Origin: Patescibacteria group bacterium
GTDB taxonomy: Bacteria; Patescibacteriota; Patescibacteriia; Magasanikbacterales; GWA2-37-8
Assembly: GCA_004321885.1 (NCBI GenBank)
Contig: SCQK01000004.1
Location: forward strand, 1-64,000
Direction: 5' to 3'
DNA: 64,000 nucleotides
A program made the translations under genes and the position numbers. The first letter of the stretch is position 1, and every line of letters starts with the position of its first letter. The notes under the pieces were generated by a model, which saw only the letters and a list, made by a program, of their open reading frames with translations, was not told the origin of the DNA and searched no databases. Shown piece by piece: positions 48,805 to 58,899 of this stretch.

Positions 48805-50139
48805 TCACTCACTCATTTCGTAAATAAGGGGAGGGTTAGGGAGGGGTAAAATAATTTCACCCTTTAAGACCCAAACATCAGCGGAAGTAATCTTAACATC
48901 CAAAATTTTTCCAATCAAATTTTTTGCGCCGGCAAACTGCGCGAGCTTCATTTCCGAAGAGTTGCCCGAGCAAATCCCTGCCTCGCATTTGTCCGCCAAT
49001 ACCGAAACTGTTTTGCCGATGTATTTTTGATTTTTGCGATAAGTTGTTTCTTCCATCAATTCTTGTAAAATCTGCCAGCGGCGCTTTTTTTCTAGGCGCG
49101 GCACATCATCTTTGAAGGCCCTGGCCGCGGCCGTCCCACTGCGCTGACTATACATGGCCGTGTAGGAAATGTCAAAATCACACTCTTTGTACAGAGCCAC
49201 CGTGTTTTGAAACTGTTTCTCGGTCTCGCCGCAAAAACCCGCGATAATATCCGTGCCAATGGCGATACTTGGTTTGGCCTGGCGGATTTTTTTTATCAAA
49301 TCAATATATTGCTCCCGCGTGTACTGGCGATTCATCTTGCGCAAAATTTCATTATCCCCGCTTTGAACCGGCAGGTGCAGATAATTCACCTGCTTGGGCA
49401 GTTTCAGCGCCTCTATTTGCGCGTCGGAAAAATAACGCGGGTCCGCGGCGGTAAAATGCAAGCGCTCCAACCCAGCCAACTTATTCAGCTCTTTCAGTAA
49501 ATCGACGAAACTGTCCCCCTCCCCCTTTTTAAGGGGGAGGTTGGGTAGGGGTAAATCCGGATCGCGGTAATTATTCACCACCTGCCCGAGCAGAATAATT
49601 TCTTTCGCGCCATTTTCAATCGCTATTTTTACCTCGTTAATAATTTCTTTGGCCGGCCGGTTTTTCTCGCGGCCGCGCGCCTGCGGCACCACGCAATAGG
49701 TGCAATAATTATCACAGCCGGTCTGAATAGTGATAAACGTTTGAAATCTACTCGTTCGCGCCGGCGCCAACTCTAAATAATCTCCAAGGTCAGCGCCTCC
49801 CAGCCATCTTGACAGCACCCCCATTTCGTGTATCGGAAAATACAAGTCAACCCCTTTTAGCCTGCTTTTTAACTTCCCGTCTTTGTCGCGGCCCGGCATA
49901 CAGCCGGTAACAGCGATTGTCAAATCCGGCTTTTTTGCCTTAAGTTGGCTCCAATTTCGCACTAGCCCGTGAACGCGGTCTTCGGCGCTTTGGCGCACCG
50001 AGCAGGTATTGACAATTAGTAAATCCGAGTTTTCGGCTTTGGCGCTTCTGGTCATCCCCAAGAAATTCAAAAAACCGGCGATTCTCTCTGAATCGTTTTT
50101 GTTCATCTGACAGCCGAAGGTAACGAGAAAATACTTCAT
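48805..50139 (-). CDS. miaB: tRNA-2-methylthio-N6-dimethylallyladenosine synthase (radical SAM)
   Basis: MKYFLVTFGCQMNKNDSERIAG, the CDNYCTYCVVP radical-SAM cluster and a TRAM-like C-terminus. In-frame S-family insertion [15 protein letters not shown], and a repeat-derived C-terminal tail. Confidence 0.9.
   Translation of the reverse strand: MKYFLVTFGCQMNKNDSERIAGFLNFLGMTRSAKAENSDLLIVNTCSVRQSAEDRVHGLVRNWSQLKAKKPDLTIAVTGCMPGRDKDGKLKSRLKGVDLYFPIHEMGVLSRWLGGADLGDYLELAPARTSRFQTFITIQTGCDNYCTYCVVPQARGREKNRPAKEIINEVKIAIENGAKEIILLGQVVNNYRDPDLPLPNLPLKKGEGDSFVDLLKELNKLAGLERLHFTAADPRYFSDAQIEALKLPKQVNYLHLPVQSGDNEILRKMNRQYTREQYIDLIKKIRQAKPSIAIGTDIIAGFCGETEKQFQNTVALYKECDFDISYTAMYSQRSGTAAARAFKDDVPRLEKKRRWQILQELMEETTYRKNQKYIGKTVSVLADKCEAGICSGNSSEMKLAQFAGAKNLIGKILDVKITSADVWVLKGEIILPLPNPPLIYEMSE
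49515..49553. repeat. S-family hairpin inside the miaB coding sequence
   Basis: CCCCCTCCCCCTTTTTAAGGGGGAGGTTGGGTAGGGG. Confidence 0.75.
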
Positions 50140-50537
50140 TAGTTAGACAGCTTCTTTTTTGGCCGGCTTCCCAACTGAATCCTGGATACCATCGCGTGAA
50201 TCCTATCAACAATCTGCCCAGCCTCATGTTCAATCGCGATTTCTTGCTGATTAATTCTTTGAGCCAACGACGTTCCTTTTTCCACAGCCTTTTTTTGCCG
50301 CTTGAGGTGAGTTTGATTTTGTCTCGCCTGCGCCTCGGTCCATTCTGCGGCCGCCAGCGCCAAAGCGCCCGCTTCAATTTCTTCCTCGGTCCATTTTGCC
50401 AGTTCAAACAAAGTTATCGGCCCATTTTTCTGGTCTATCTTTAACAGAATCTGTTTATCAACATTGTCCAGGGTCTCGTTTCTATTTATTTCGTCCAAAA
50501 TACCCGCGTGAAAAATATCGCCTGATTCTCCATTCAT
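50139..50537 (-). CDS. hypothetical protein
   Basis: 132-aa ORF whose stop overlaps the miaB start by 1 nt. No motif recognised. Confidence 0.55.
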   Translation of the reverse strand: MNGESGDIFHAGILDEINRNETLDNVDKQILLKIDQKNGPITLFELAKWTEEEIEAGALALAAAEWTEAQARQNQTHLKRQKKAVEKGTSLAQRINQQEIAIEHEAGQIVDRIHAMVSRIQLGSRPKKKLSN

Positions 50538-50548
50538 ATTGTTCTACA

Positions 50549-52354
50549 TTATTTCCTCCCGCTGATTTCGGTTTTCAAGCGAGAGATAAAATTTTGTTTA
50601 GACATTTTTATCTGGTCCTTTTGCCCGCGCGCGCGAATCATCCACGGCTCGCCGCCGATTTCCTTGTCGCCCACCACCACCACGTACGGAATTTTGCGCT
50701 CGGCCGCTTTGCGGATTTTATTGCCCAAGGTTTCGTTGGCCTCGTCTGTTTCCACTCGTATGCCCGCGTCTTTCATTTCACCCTCAATGGCGCGAGCGCC
50801 ACCGACGTGCTTTTCCGAAACCGAAGCCAACAAAACCTGGACCGGCGACAGCCAGAGCGGCCATACTCCCCCGTAATGTTCTATCAAAAACGCCGTGAAC
50901 CGCTCGTGCGTGGACAGCGGGGCGCGATGAATGACAAACACCTCGTTATTTTCTTTGCCGCTTTCGTCCGTGTAACTCAACTCAAATCTTTTCTTGGCCG
51001 CGAAATCAAGTTGAATCGTTGACATCGTCTCTTCGCGCCCGACGATTGATTTGAATTGCACGTCAACTTTGGGTCCGTAAAACGCCGCTTCGTCGTCAAC
51101 TTCAACAAAATCCACAAATGCTTCTTGGAGAACTTCACGAATAACGCTTTCGCAAAATTCCCAATTTTTTGGCTCATTGATATATTTGTCCAGACGCTCC
51201 GGGCTCCACTTGGACAAACGAAACCAATAATTTTTTAAGCCGAAAATTTCAAAATATTTTATATTTAATTGCAATACATCCATGAATTCTGCCTTGATTT
51301 GATCTTTGCGGCAATAAATATGCGCGTCATTCATGGCCAAACAGCGCACGCGCAACAATCCGGCCAGGGTACCGGATAACTCATTGCGGTAAACCGTGCC
51401 GTATTCAGCCATGCGCAAAGGCAATTCGCGATAACTGCGTTGGTTATGTTTGTAAATCAAATGGTGGTGCGGGCAATTCATGGCTTTCAGATAATACGTG
51501 CCATCATCCATTTTCATGGCCGGATACATACTGTCTTTGTAGTACGGCAAATGCCCGGATTTAATGTACAGCTCTTCCTTGGCCAAATGCGGAGTTACGA
51601 CGCGCGTGTAGCCGTGTATGTTTTCCATCTCAATGGCTAACTTTTCTATCTCATTTCTTATCACAGTTCCGTTTGGCAACCACATGGCCAATCCTTTACC
51701 CACCATGTCATCAATAAAGAACAGGCCTTGCTCCTGCCCAATTTTGCGGTGGTCGCGCTTTTCGGCTTCGGCCAGCATGGCCAAATATTCGTCCAATTCT
51801 TTTTGCGAAGCAAAACAAGCGCCGTAAATTCTTTGCAGCATTTTATTTTTTTCGCTTCCGCGCCAGTAGGCCCCGGCCAATTTTGTCAGCTTGAACGCGC
51901 CGATTTCTTTAGCTGATTGCACGTGCGGCCCGCGACACAAATCCACAAATTTACCCGTTTTGTACAAAGATACAATTCCTTTTTTCGGCTTTTCGCCAAT
52001 CACATCGGCTTCGTCTTTCGTCACTCTTGTTGTTCCCTTTTTCTTCAAATCCTTTAACAATTCAACCTTGTAATCCTGCTTTTCTTTTTTGAAAAACTTT
52101 ACGGCGTCGTCAATATCCAATTCATTTTTTTCAAACAACAAATCTTTTTCAATCAGCTGGCGCGCCTTGATTTCTATCTTTTCCAAATCCGCTTCGCCAA
52201 TGGGCTCTGAAAAATCTATGTCATAATAAAAGCCATTCTCCACCACCGGTCCCACGCCAAACTTGGCCTTGGGATAAAGCTCTTGTACCGCGGCCGCTAC
52301 CACATGCGCGCACGAGTGGCGCATTGTCTCCAATTTTTTGTTTTTCTCGTACAT
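50549..52354 (-). CDS. thrS: threonine--tRNA ligase (no TGS domain)
   Basis: RHSCAHVVAAAV (editing domain), class II motifs (YRNELSGTLAGLLRVRCLAMNDAHIY, VIHRAPLSTHERF) and an anticodon-binding C-terminus. The first ATG is 52354; the track start at 52369 is TTG. Confidence 0.9.
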   Translation of the reverse strand: MYEKNKKLETMRHSCAHVVAAAVQELYPKAKFGVGPVVENGFYYDIDFSEPIGEADLEKIEIKARQLIEKDLLFEKNELDIDDAVKFFKKEKQDYKVELLKDLKKKGTTRVTKDEADVIGEKPKKGIVSLYKTGKFVDLCRGPHVQSAKEIGAFKLTKLAGAYWRGSEKNKMLQRIYGACFASQKELDEYLAMLAEAEKRDHRKIGQEQGLFFIDDMVGKGLAMWLPNGTVIRNEIEKLAIEMENIHGYTRVVTPHLAKEELYIKSGHLPYYKDSMYPAMKMDDGTYYLKAMNCPHHHLIYKHNQRSYRELPLRMAEYGTVYRNELSGTLAGLLRVRCLAMNDAHIYCRKDQIKAEFMDVLQLNIKYFEIFGLKNYWFRLSKWSPERLDKYINEPKNWEFCESVIREVLQEAFVDFVEVDDEAAFYGPKVDVQFKSIVGREETMSTIQLDFAAKKRFELSYTDESGKENNEVFVIHRAPLSTHERFTAFLIEHYGGVWPLWLSPVQVLLASVSEKHVGGARAIEGEMKDAGIRVETDEANETLGNKIRKAAERKIPYVVVVGDKEIGGEPWMIRARGQKDQIKMSKQNFISRLKTEISGRK

Positions 52355-52380
52355 ATTTAATACAAACAATTAAAATTTAA

Positions 52381-52555
52381 CAAAAACCCCAATACTACTT
52401 AAAGTATCGGGGTCCTTCATTTTTGAAAGACGGTTCCACCCGAAGTTTAACTTTTACCCTGTTAAATCGCCCCATAGGGACGTCGGCCTTTGGCCGAATT
52501 TAACAGGGTTGAATTTGTAGATACTCCGAGAGTGGTTAGTTCTCGTGCAAACGTA
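52381..52555 (-). promoter_or_regulatory. T-box riboswitch leader of thrS (Thr ACC specifier, short stem I)
   Basis: On the minus strand:
- Hairpin GAGA-ACTAACCAC-TCTC presents ACC followed by A (plus 52534-52536).
- A long helix CCCTGTTAAAT/ATTTAACAGGG encloses two hairpins.
- T-box core CGGGTGGAACCGTC lies at plus 52431-52441.
- Terminator ACCCCGATACT-TTAAGT-AGTATTGGGGT plus TTTTTG ends about 25 nt before the thrS ATG. Confidence 0.6.
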
Positions 52556-52558
52556 TCG

Positions 52559-52768
52559 CTACGCACGGTTGATGCAAAGATTCCTCATCTGCCTCACCGG
52601 AACAAAATTTTCTAAATTAATATCCATTATGTCAATTCCCACAACTTCGCCTTTTTTATTATAATCCACCACCACATTTCCCGCGATATCAGAATCAACA
52701 CTTTTTTCTTTTCTAAAGCGTATGGATAGAATGCGATCTTTTTTTATGAAATTGATTTTAGGCGCCAT
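52559..52768 (-). CDS. DUF2283 family protein (putative antitoxin)
   Basis: 69 aa. DYNKKGEVVGIDIMDI matches the DUF2283 C-terminal pattern. Overlaps the upstream small ORF by 25 nt. Confidence 0.65.
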   Translation of the reverse strand: MAPKINFIKKDRILSIRFRKEKSVDSDIAGNVVVDYNKKGEVVGIDIMDINLENFVPVRQMRNLCINRA

Positions 52769-52923
52769 ACTAGTGGAAAAATCTTTTTGGCAACGAATCT
52801 GTTGAAGCTTGTGCGATCACGGGCAATTTCGTCTGGACTGTTAATCGCGCCGATTACCTCTGTCCGCGATATACCCCGCTCGCGCATTCTTTTTATCGCG
52901 TGGGTAGTAAAACTGACCCGCAT
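52744..52923 (-). CDS. DUF4258-like small protein (putative toxin)
   Basis: 59 aa, just below the ORF-track cutoff; translated by hand as MRVSFTTHAIKRMRERGISRTEVIGAINSPDEIARDRTSFNRFVAKKIFPLVWRLKSIS. The HAxxRMxERGIS motif is the DUF4258 pattern. Confidence 0.6.
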   Translation of the reverse strand: MRVSFTTHAIKRMRERGISRTEVIGAINSPDEIARDRTSFNRFVAKKIFPLVWRLKSIS

Positions 52924-53057
52924 AGGGATAAACTATCAATAAATAGCTAAATAGTCAACAGCTCTACTTCTTCCCTTTTTTTGCTTTCTTGGGCGCTTTT
53001 TTGGCCTTCTTCATCGGGCCGCAAGCGCATTTGCAGCATCCCATAGAATAAAGTTAA

Positions 53058-54200
53058 CTATTTCACATTTTTCACAATCACTTTTATCCTGTCCCCCACG
53101 CTCGGGGCCGTGCGCATCCAGGAGGGCGAAAATTTCACTTCCACGCCGACCACATGGCTGATGCCCATGATGTCGCGCTCAATCTCATCTTTCTTTTTGC
53201 CGAAAAAATTGCTGGCCGCGAAGCGCGAACCGTTTACGTCTATGGTCGCCAGCACGTCTTGCGTAGCCGCAATCCGGGCCGTCTCTTTTTCCAAATCATA
53301 ATTGGCCAGAGAAATTACAGGCTCTTTGCCCACGGATAAAACTTTTTCAAAACTGACGTCCACTTTGCCCCGCACTTCTTTGGCGACCAGCTCATTCAAA
53401 TCAGCGGTTTTAACGCTGACCATAGCCAGGGTGCTGGTGCCGGAAATGAAAAATTCCGAAACCTGGTCCCCGGCCTTGGCGCTGGCGCGGGTATCGCCGG
53501 TCTTTACGTCCACCACTGTTTTTACGCCCGCGTCCGGCGAAGCGAATTTTATTTTGGCTTGCTCTTTGATTTTAGACAAATAATCCAGCTCGGCCTGTTT
53601 TATGTCAGCCTCGGCCAGCACCCCGATTTTGCGCGTGCCGCCGGTCATGGCCTTGGCGCTTTCACCGTAAATGTATTTTTGCTTTTCAGCCGACAGCCCG
53701 GGAATGGTAAACTTGCTCGGGCCGATGTTGTACGCCGCGCCCTGGCCGTCGGCATAAACCCCGGCAATAATCTGCCCGTTCGCCGGCACCAGCACATTGT
53801 TGGCCAGCCTAAACAAAACCCCGTCGGCCGTGATAAATCTGGTAATTTTTACCAGCGTCTGGCTGGCCGAGGTTTTATTGTAAATGGTGATTTCGCCGGT
53901 CGCGGTCCCGTCTTCCTCTTTGTTGCCGGTGGGATAATATTTTTCGGTCCAGGCAAAAACAGCCGAGGTGACTGTGCCGCTGATGGCGCCCGGCCCTGCC
54001 TTTTTGGCCACTGGAATTTCCAAACTCACGTTTTTATTGTCGGTTTTGGCCACCACCACGATGGTGGCTTTTTTGGAGGTGAAAAAAATCACCACGCCGA
54101 GCAGGGCAATGGTGAGAACCAAAAAAGTAATCGCGATGGTGCGATAAAAACCGACCGGCGCCTCGGGCGTCATTTGGGTGGTTACGCGATGAGTAATCAT
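53058..54200 (-). CDS. hypothetical membrane-anchored protein downstream of the PilB-type ATPase
   Basis: 380 aa with one N-terminal TM segment (FLVLTIALLGVVIFF). No motif recognised. Confidence 0.6.
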   Translation of the reverse strand: MITHRVTTQMTPEAPVGFYRTIAITFLVLTIALLGVVIFFTSKKATIVVVAKTDNKNVSLEIPVAKKAGPGAISGTVTSAVFAWTEKYYPTGNKEEDGTATGEITIYNKTSASQTLVKITRFITADGVLFRLANNVLVPANGQIIAGVYADGQGAAYNIGPSKFTIPGLSAEKQKYIYGESAKAMTGGTRKIGVLAEADIKQAELDYLSKIKEQAKIKFASPDAGVKTVVDVKTGDTRASAKAGDQVSEFFISGTSTLAMVSVKTADLNELVAKEVRGKVDVSFEKVLSVGKEPVISLANYDLEKETARIAATQDVLATIDVNGSRFAASNFFGKKKDEIERDIMGISHVVGVEVKFSPSWMRTAPSVGDRIKVIVKNVK

Positions 54201-54238
54201 ATAATTATATTACACAATTATCGCCTTCAGCGCAAGGC

Positions 54239-55987
54239 TTATTCCGTCACCCTAAACACCTCCTCCACCGAGGTGATTTTTTGCAAGGCTTTCAAAAGCC
54301 CGTCTTGCGCCATGGTGACCATACCGCTTTTTACGGCCAATTCTTTGATAACATATTCCGAAACCTGGGCGCCCAGTATGGTCTGCTCCAATTCTTTGTT
54401 CATCGTAAAAATTTCATAAATGCCGATGCGGCCTTTATAGCCCAGGCCGCTGCACCCGGCGCACCCGCGGCCGCGATAAAATTGCAAATTTTTCAAATCA
54501 ATTTTGGTTTTTTTCCCGGGCGGCAAACTGCCTAAAATCTCGGCCGCTCTTGCCATTTTTTCATTGTCCAGCTTGTCTTCTTCCATGCAACTTGGACAAA
54601 CGCGGCGCACCAGACGCTGGCCAATGACCGAGTTGATGGCCGGAGCCAGCAAAAACGGCTTGACGCCCATAGACAGAAAACGCGGCACTGCCCCGGAGGC
54701 GTCGTTGGTATGCACCGTGGAAAGCATCAGATGGCCGGTAAGCGCAGCCTGAATGGCGATATCAGCCGTTTCCAAATCGCGAATTTCGCCCACCATGCAA
54801 ATATCCGGGTCCTGGCGCAATAAACTGCGCAGGCCCTTGGCAAATGTGTAATCACGGCCCGGGTCAACCTGGCTTTGATTAATGCCCTCCATTTTTATTT
54901 CCACCGGGTCTTCCAAAGTGATAATTTTTACCCCGGGCTTGTTCAGCGCGCGCATGATGGCGTACATGGTGGTGGTCTTGCCCGAGCCGGTCGGGCCGGT
55001 CGTGATAATCATGCCGTTGGGCCGCTCCATTTCTCTTTTTAATTTGTCGTACGCGCTGCCGAGCAATCCAAGCTCGTCAAAAGTAACTCCCTTTTGACTG
55101 CTATGCAAAATTCTCATCACCACGCTCTCGCCCCAGGTGGTGGGCATGGTGGACACGCGCACATCCAGCGTGCCCGAAGACAAGCGCAAGGTAACGCGGC
55201 CGTCCTGGGGCTTGTCCGTAATATTTATTTTCAACGCGGCCAAAAGCTTGATGCGCGAGACAAATCTCTTCCACTGCTCTTTGGGCAAAACAGCCACATC
55301 GTGCAAAACCCCGTCTATGCGGTAGCGCACGGCGATGCCATTTTCTTCGGCTTCCACGTGGATGTCCGAAGAGTTGACTTTCAAAGCCGAAGCCACCATC
55401 AGGGTGAGGATGTCGGTGATGGAAACATTTTCAAAAAGGGTTTTCAAGTCGCGAAAGTCGGTGACGTTGGCTTTAAATTTTTCCAATTCTTCATCCGTGA
55501 TATTGATGTCTTTGGAAATGGGTTTTATCTGGGGCAAGTTGGTATAAAGTTTCAATACGCTGTCAAAGCTGTGTTGTGAAATAAGGTAAAGCCGGGCGGC
55601 CACATGATGCCGTTCGCCGAATTGATAAACCAATTCTTTTATTTCATCGCCCGGCTCCACGCAAGCCAGCCGCGCGTCTTCTGGGGAAAAATAAAAACAG
55701 ATAATTTTTTTATCGCGCGCTGTTTTTTCGGGTATGGCCGAAAGCGCCTCGGAGGAAATGGGAAACTTGGATAAATCTATAAACGGCAGACTCGCGCTGG
55801 CGGCCGCCGCGCCGGCCAGCTCTTCCCTGGCCTTGATATCCAGAGTTTTCATTTTTTGCTCAAATTTTTCTTCGGCCGATTCCTCGCCCTTGGCGGTTTT
55901 TTGGGCAGGCTTTTTCGCGCCGCCCGGGCCTTTGAGCAAGCTGTTAATTGAAGGAAAATCCGACATAGAACCACTAATCTTTTTCAC
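54239..55987 (-). CDS. type II/IV secretion ATPase (PilB/GspE family)
   Basis: GMIITTGPTGSGKTTTMYA Walker A, MVGEIRD, and a CPSC...CAGC zinc motif. The track start at 55987 is GTG; the first ATG is 55966. Confidence 0.9.
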   Translation of the reverse strand: MKKISGSMSDFPSINSLLKGPGGAKKPAQKTAKGEESAEEKFEQKMKTLDIKAREELAGAAAASASLPFIDLSKFPISSEALSAIPEKTARDKKIICFYFSPEDARLACVEPGDEIKELVYQFGERHHVAARLYLISQHSFDSVLKLYTNLPQIKPISKDINITDEELEKFKANVTDFRDLKTLFENVSITDILTLMVASALKVNSSDIHVEAEENGIAVRYRIDGVLHDVAVLPKEQWKRFVSRIKLLAALKINITDKPQDGRVTLRLSSGTLDVRVSTMPTTWGESVVMRILHSSQKGVTFDELGLLGSAYDKLKREMERPNGMIITTGPTGSGKTTTMYAIMRALNKPGVKIITLEDPVEIKMEGINQSQVDPGRDYTFAKGLRSLLRQDPDICMVGEIRDLETADIAIQAALTGHLMLSTVHTNDASGAVPRFLSMGVKPFLLAPAINSVIGQRLVRRVCPSCMEEDKLDNEKMARAAEILGSLPPGKKTKIDLKNLQFYRGRGCAGCSGLGYKGRIGIYEIFTMNKELEQTILGAQVSEYVIKELAVKSGMVTMAQDGLLKALQKITSVEEVFRVTE

Positions 55988-56021
55988 TAATCACACTAAC
56001 TAACGACAGACGCTTGGGTAA

Positions 56022-56990
56022 TTACGCTCTGCGCGCTATCCAATGCAAAAAGCGCACGATGCGGCTGGGTATGCCCACATGATGCATTTTCACGAACAAA
56101 TGCATCCAGATGCTGATGTTGTAGGCATTAAACACGCCAGCGCAGAGCGCGGCGAAAATCATCCAGAAAAATACCCCCACTGCCAACCCGCCCGTCACCA
56201 GCAGGGCGGACGGGCCCAAAAATCCGGCCAATAGCCACAAAATTAAAGACGGGGTAAAGGCCAGGAAAAATGACATAAAAACAGCGCCCACAAACAGCAG
56301 ATTCAAAACGACCAGAATAACTCCCACTTCCAGCGAAACCAGCACGTGCTCCCAAAACATTTTCGCGCCCTTGGCCAGGGCCTCGGGCATTTTTACATTC
56401 GTGGCCACGGCATAGCCAATGGCATAGATTGAGACGGCGTACACGGCCACATAAACAAAAAACAGCAGGCCCAACACAAGCAAGACCCCGAAATTGACCG
56501 CCCAGCCGGCTTCACTCTCCAAAACAAAACTCAAATAGTACAGGAAGAGCGCCATCAGGGCCGTGGCCAAAATTTTACGCAAAAAATTTATTCCCAAGAC
56601 GCGCCAAAAATGATTGACCCCGCGGCGCCAGGCCTTGGTCGCGTCGGCGCGCCCTTTTTTGTACCATTCTAAAGCATAGGCCGCAGCCGCGCCCTGGGCG
56701 CAGGCAGTAAGGCAGGCGGCCGCCAAAAGTATTAAAAGCAAAATGCCCACGGCCCAGGTAAGACCCACGATGCTTTGCCAGCCCGCGGGCCAATCAGCCG
56801 TAAAAAAATCCAGCCACCATAAATTGACGGCCTGGCCGCCGCGCAAGAATAAATAGAGCTGGCCGAAAAAATCGCTTAGGCCGAACTGGCCCAAAAAAGT
56901 GGCGGCCAAGCCAAAAATCCACAGCACTTTATGGCGCCAGACCAAATGCCAGGCCTTGGCCAGGGCCTCGGTATAATGCGGCTGATGCAT
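56022..56990 (-). CDS. hypothetical polytopic membrane protein
   Basis: 322 aa with about 7 hydrophobic segments. No motif recognised. Confidence 0.6.
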   Translation of the reverse strand: MHQPHYTEALAKAWHLVWRHKVLWIFGLAATFLGQFGLSDFFGQLYLFLRGGQAVNLWWLDFFTADWPAGWQSIVGLTWAVGILLLILLAAACLTACAQGAAAAYALEWYKKGRADATKAWRRGVNHFWRVLGINFLRKILATALMALFLYYLSFVLESEAGWAVNFGVLLVLGLLFFVYVAVYAVSIYAIGYAVATNVKMPEALAKGAKMFWEHVLVSLEVGVILVVLNLLFVGAVFMSFFLAFTPSLILWLLAGFLGPSALLVTGGLAVGVFFWMIFAALCAGVFNAYNISIWMHLFVKMHHVGIPSRIVRFLHWIARRA

Positions 56991-57046
56991 AAAATAATAT
57001 TAGAGACTTAGGTCTCTAATATTATACCACAATTTAGGACGCGCGG

Positions 57047-58891
57047 CTACTGGCCGGCGGTTTCCTTTTCCACGCCTAAAATTTGCTTGATTTCTTCCTG
57101 TTCAACCGTTTCTTTCACCATTAGAACTTCCACCAGTTTATCCAGCTTGTCGCGCCGCGCCACCACCACTTCCCGCGCGCGGGCCTGGGCCTCTTCCACC
57201 AAGCGCCGTATTTCTTCGTCTATTTGCTGGGCGGTCTTGTCGCTGTAATCGCGCTCTTCGTGAATTTCGCGCCCCAAAAATATCAGCTCTTCGTGTTCGC
57301 CGAACGTGCGCGCGCCCAAACTTTCGCTCATGCCGAAACGGGTAATCATATCGCGCGCCGCGCGGGTGGCGTTTTTCAAATCGCTGGCCGGGCCCGTGGA
57401 AACATCGCCGAAAATCATTTTTTCCACCACAAAGCCGCCCATCAGCATGGCCAGCTCGTCCTTAAATTGCGCCGAGGTGTGATAGCGCTTGTCCTGCGAG
57501 GGCATTTTTAGAGTATAGCCGCCGGCCTGGCCGCGGGAAATGATAGACACCTTGCGCACCTGGTCGCAGTTGGGCAAAAAATATCCCACCACGGCGTGGC
57601 CGGCTTCGTGATAAGCCGTTACTTTTTTGTCATGCTCGCTGATAACGCGCGTTTTTCTTTCCGGGCCAAGCAAAACTTTTTCCACGCTCTCTAAAATCTC
57701 CTGCTCACCGATTTTTTTCAGTCCGCGGCGCACTGTCAGGATAGCCGCCTCGTTGAGCAGATTTTCCAAATCAGCCCCGGAAAACCCGGGCGTGCGTTCG
57801 GCGATTTTGCGCAGGGAAAGGGTTTTGGCGAGCGGTTTGCCCACCGCGTGAATAGCCAGAATTTCTTCGCGGTCGCGGATGTCGGGCATATCCAGCACTA
57901 CGCGTCTGTCAAAACGACCAGGGCGAAGCAGGGCCGGATCAAGTACATCTGGCCTGTTAGTGGCCGCCATAATAATAACGCCCAAATTCGGCTCAAAGCC
58001 GTCCATTTCCACGAGTATTTGGTTCAAAGTTTGTTCTCTTTCATCGTGCCCGCCGCCCAGCCCGGCTCCGCGCCGACGGCCAACCGCGTCTATTTCATCT
58101 ATAAAAACAATAGCCGGGGCCACTTTTTTAGCTTTGTTAAACAAATCGCGCACGCGGCTGGCGCCCACGCCCACAAACATTTCCACAAATTCCGAACCAG
58201 ACATGTGAAAGAAAGGCACATCAGCCTCGCCGGCCACGGCCTTGGCCAAGAGGGTTTTGCCCGTGCCCGGACTGCCCATCAGCAAAACGCCCTTGGGAAT
58301 TTTCGCGCCCATATCAGCGAATTTTTTGGGGTCTTTCAAAAATTCCACCACTTCCACTAACTCCTGTTTGGATTCCACCACCCCGGCCACGTCTTTAAAA
58401 GTTTTTTTATTTTTTTCATCCGGCTTCATCTGTTTGGGATTGCTCTGGCCAAAACCCATGGCGCGATTGTTCATACCCTGCATGCCGCGCGTCATAAAGT
58501 AGAAGAAAAGGACGAAAATGATGAGAGGCAAAAGCGCGGGAAGCAGATTGGCCGCCCAAAATTTCCACGAGCTCTCGCTTTTTACTTCCACGTCCAAGGC
58601 CTTGCGCGCGTCTTCGGACACGCCATAATTTTTAATGATGTCGCCAAACGACTCGCCCGGCTCTTTTTGCACTTCCTGGAGTTTGGCCTTCTGGTCTTTC
58701 AGCTCGGCGCGAATAATACTGCCCTCCACGGTTATTTTTTTTATCTGTCCCGCATTTATTTCTTCCACCAGTTTGCCCACGCCGATTTTTTCCGGCTTTT
58801 TGTCTTCGCCGGTTTTCACCATGCTTAAAACACCGGCCACTAAGAGCAGTGAGATAAAAATGATGAGAAAATTCTTTAAAAAATTGCGCAT
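57047..58891 (-). CDS. ftsH: ATP-dependent zinc metalloprotease FtsH
   Basis: [22 protein letters not shown], the AAA second region of homology, and the HEAGHA zinc site. Start placed at ATG 58891 ([12 protein letters not shown]). Confidence 0.95.
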   Translation of the reverse strand: MRNFLKNFLIIFISLLLVAGVLSMVKTGEDKKPEKIGVGKLVEEINAGQIKKITVEGSIIRAELKDQKAKLQEVQKEPGESFGDIIKNYGVSEDARKALDVEVKSESSWKFWAANLLPALLPLIIFVLFFYFMTRGMQGMNNRAMGFGQSNPKQMKPDEKNKKTFKDVAGVVESKQELVEVVEFLKDPKKFADMGAKIPKGVLLMGSPGTGKTLLAKAVAGEADVPFFHMSGSEFVEMFVGVGASRVRDLFNKAKKVAPAIVFIDEIDAVGRRRGAGLGGGHDEREQTLNQILVEMDGFEPNLGVIIMAATNRPDVLDPALLRPGRFDRRVVLDMPDIRDREEILAIHAVGKPLAKTLSLRKIAERTPGFSGADLENLLNEAAILTVRRGLKKIGEQEILESVEKVLLGPERKTRVISEHDKKVTAYHEAGHAVVGYFLPNCDQVRKVSIISRGQAGGYTLKMPSQDKRYHTSAQFKDELAMLMGGFVVEKMIFGDVSTGPASDLKNATRAARDMITRFGMSESLGARTFGEHEELIFLGREIHEERDYSDKTAQQIDEEIRRLVEEAQARAREVVVARRDKLDKLVEVLMVKETVEQEEIKQILGVEKETAGQ

Positions 58892-58899
58892 AAATATTA

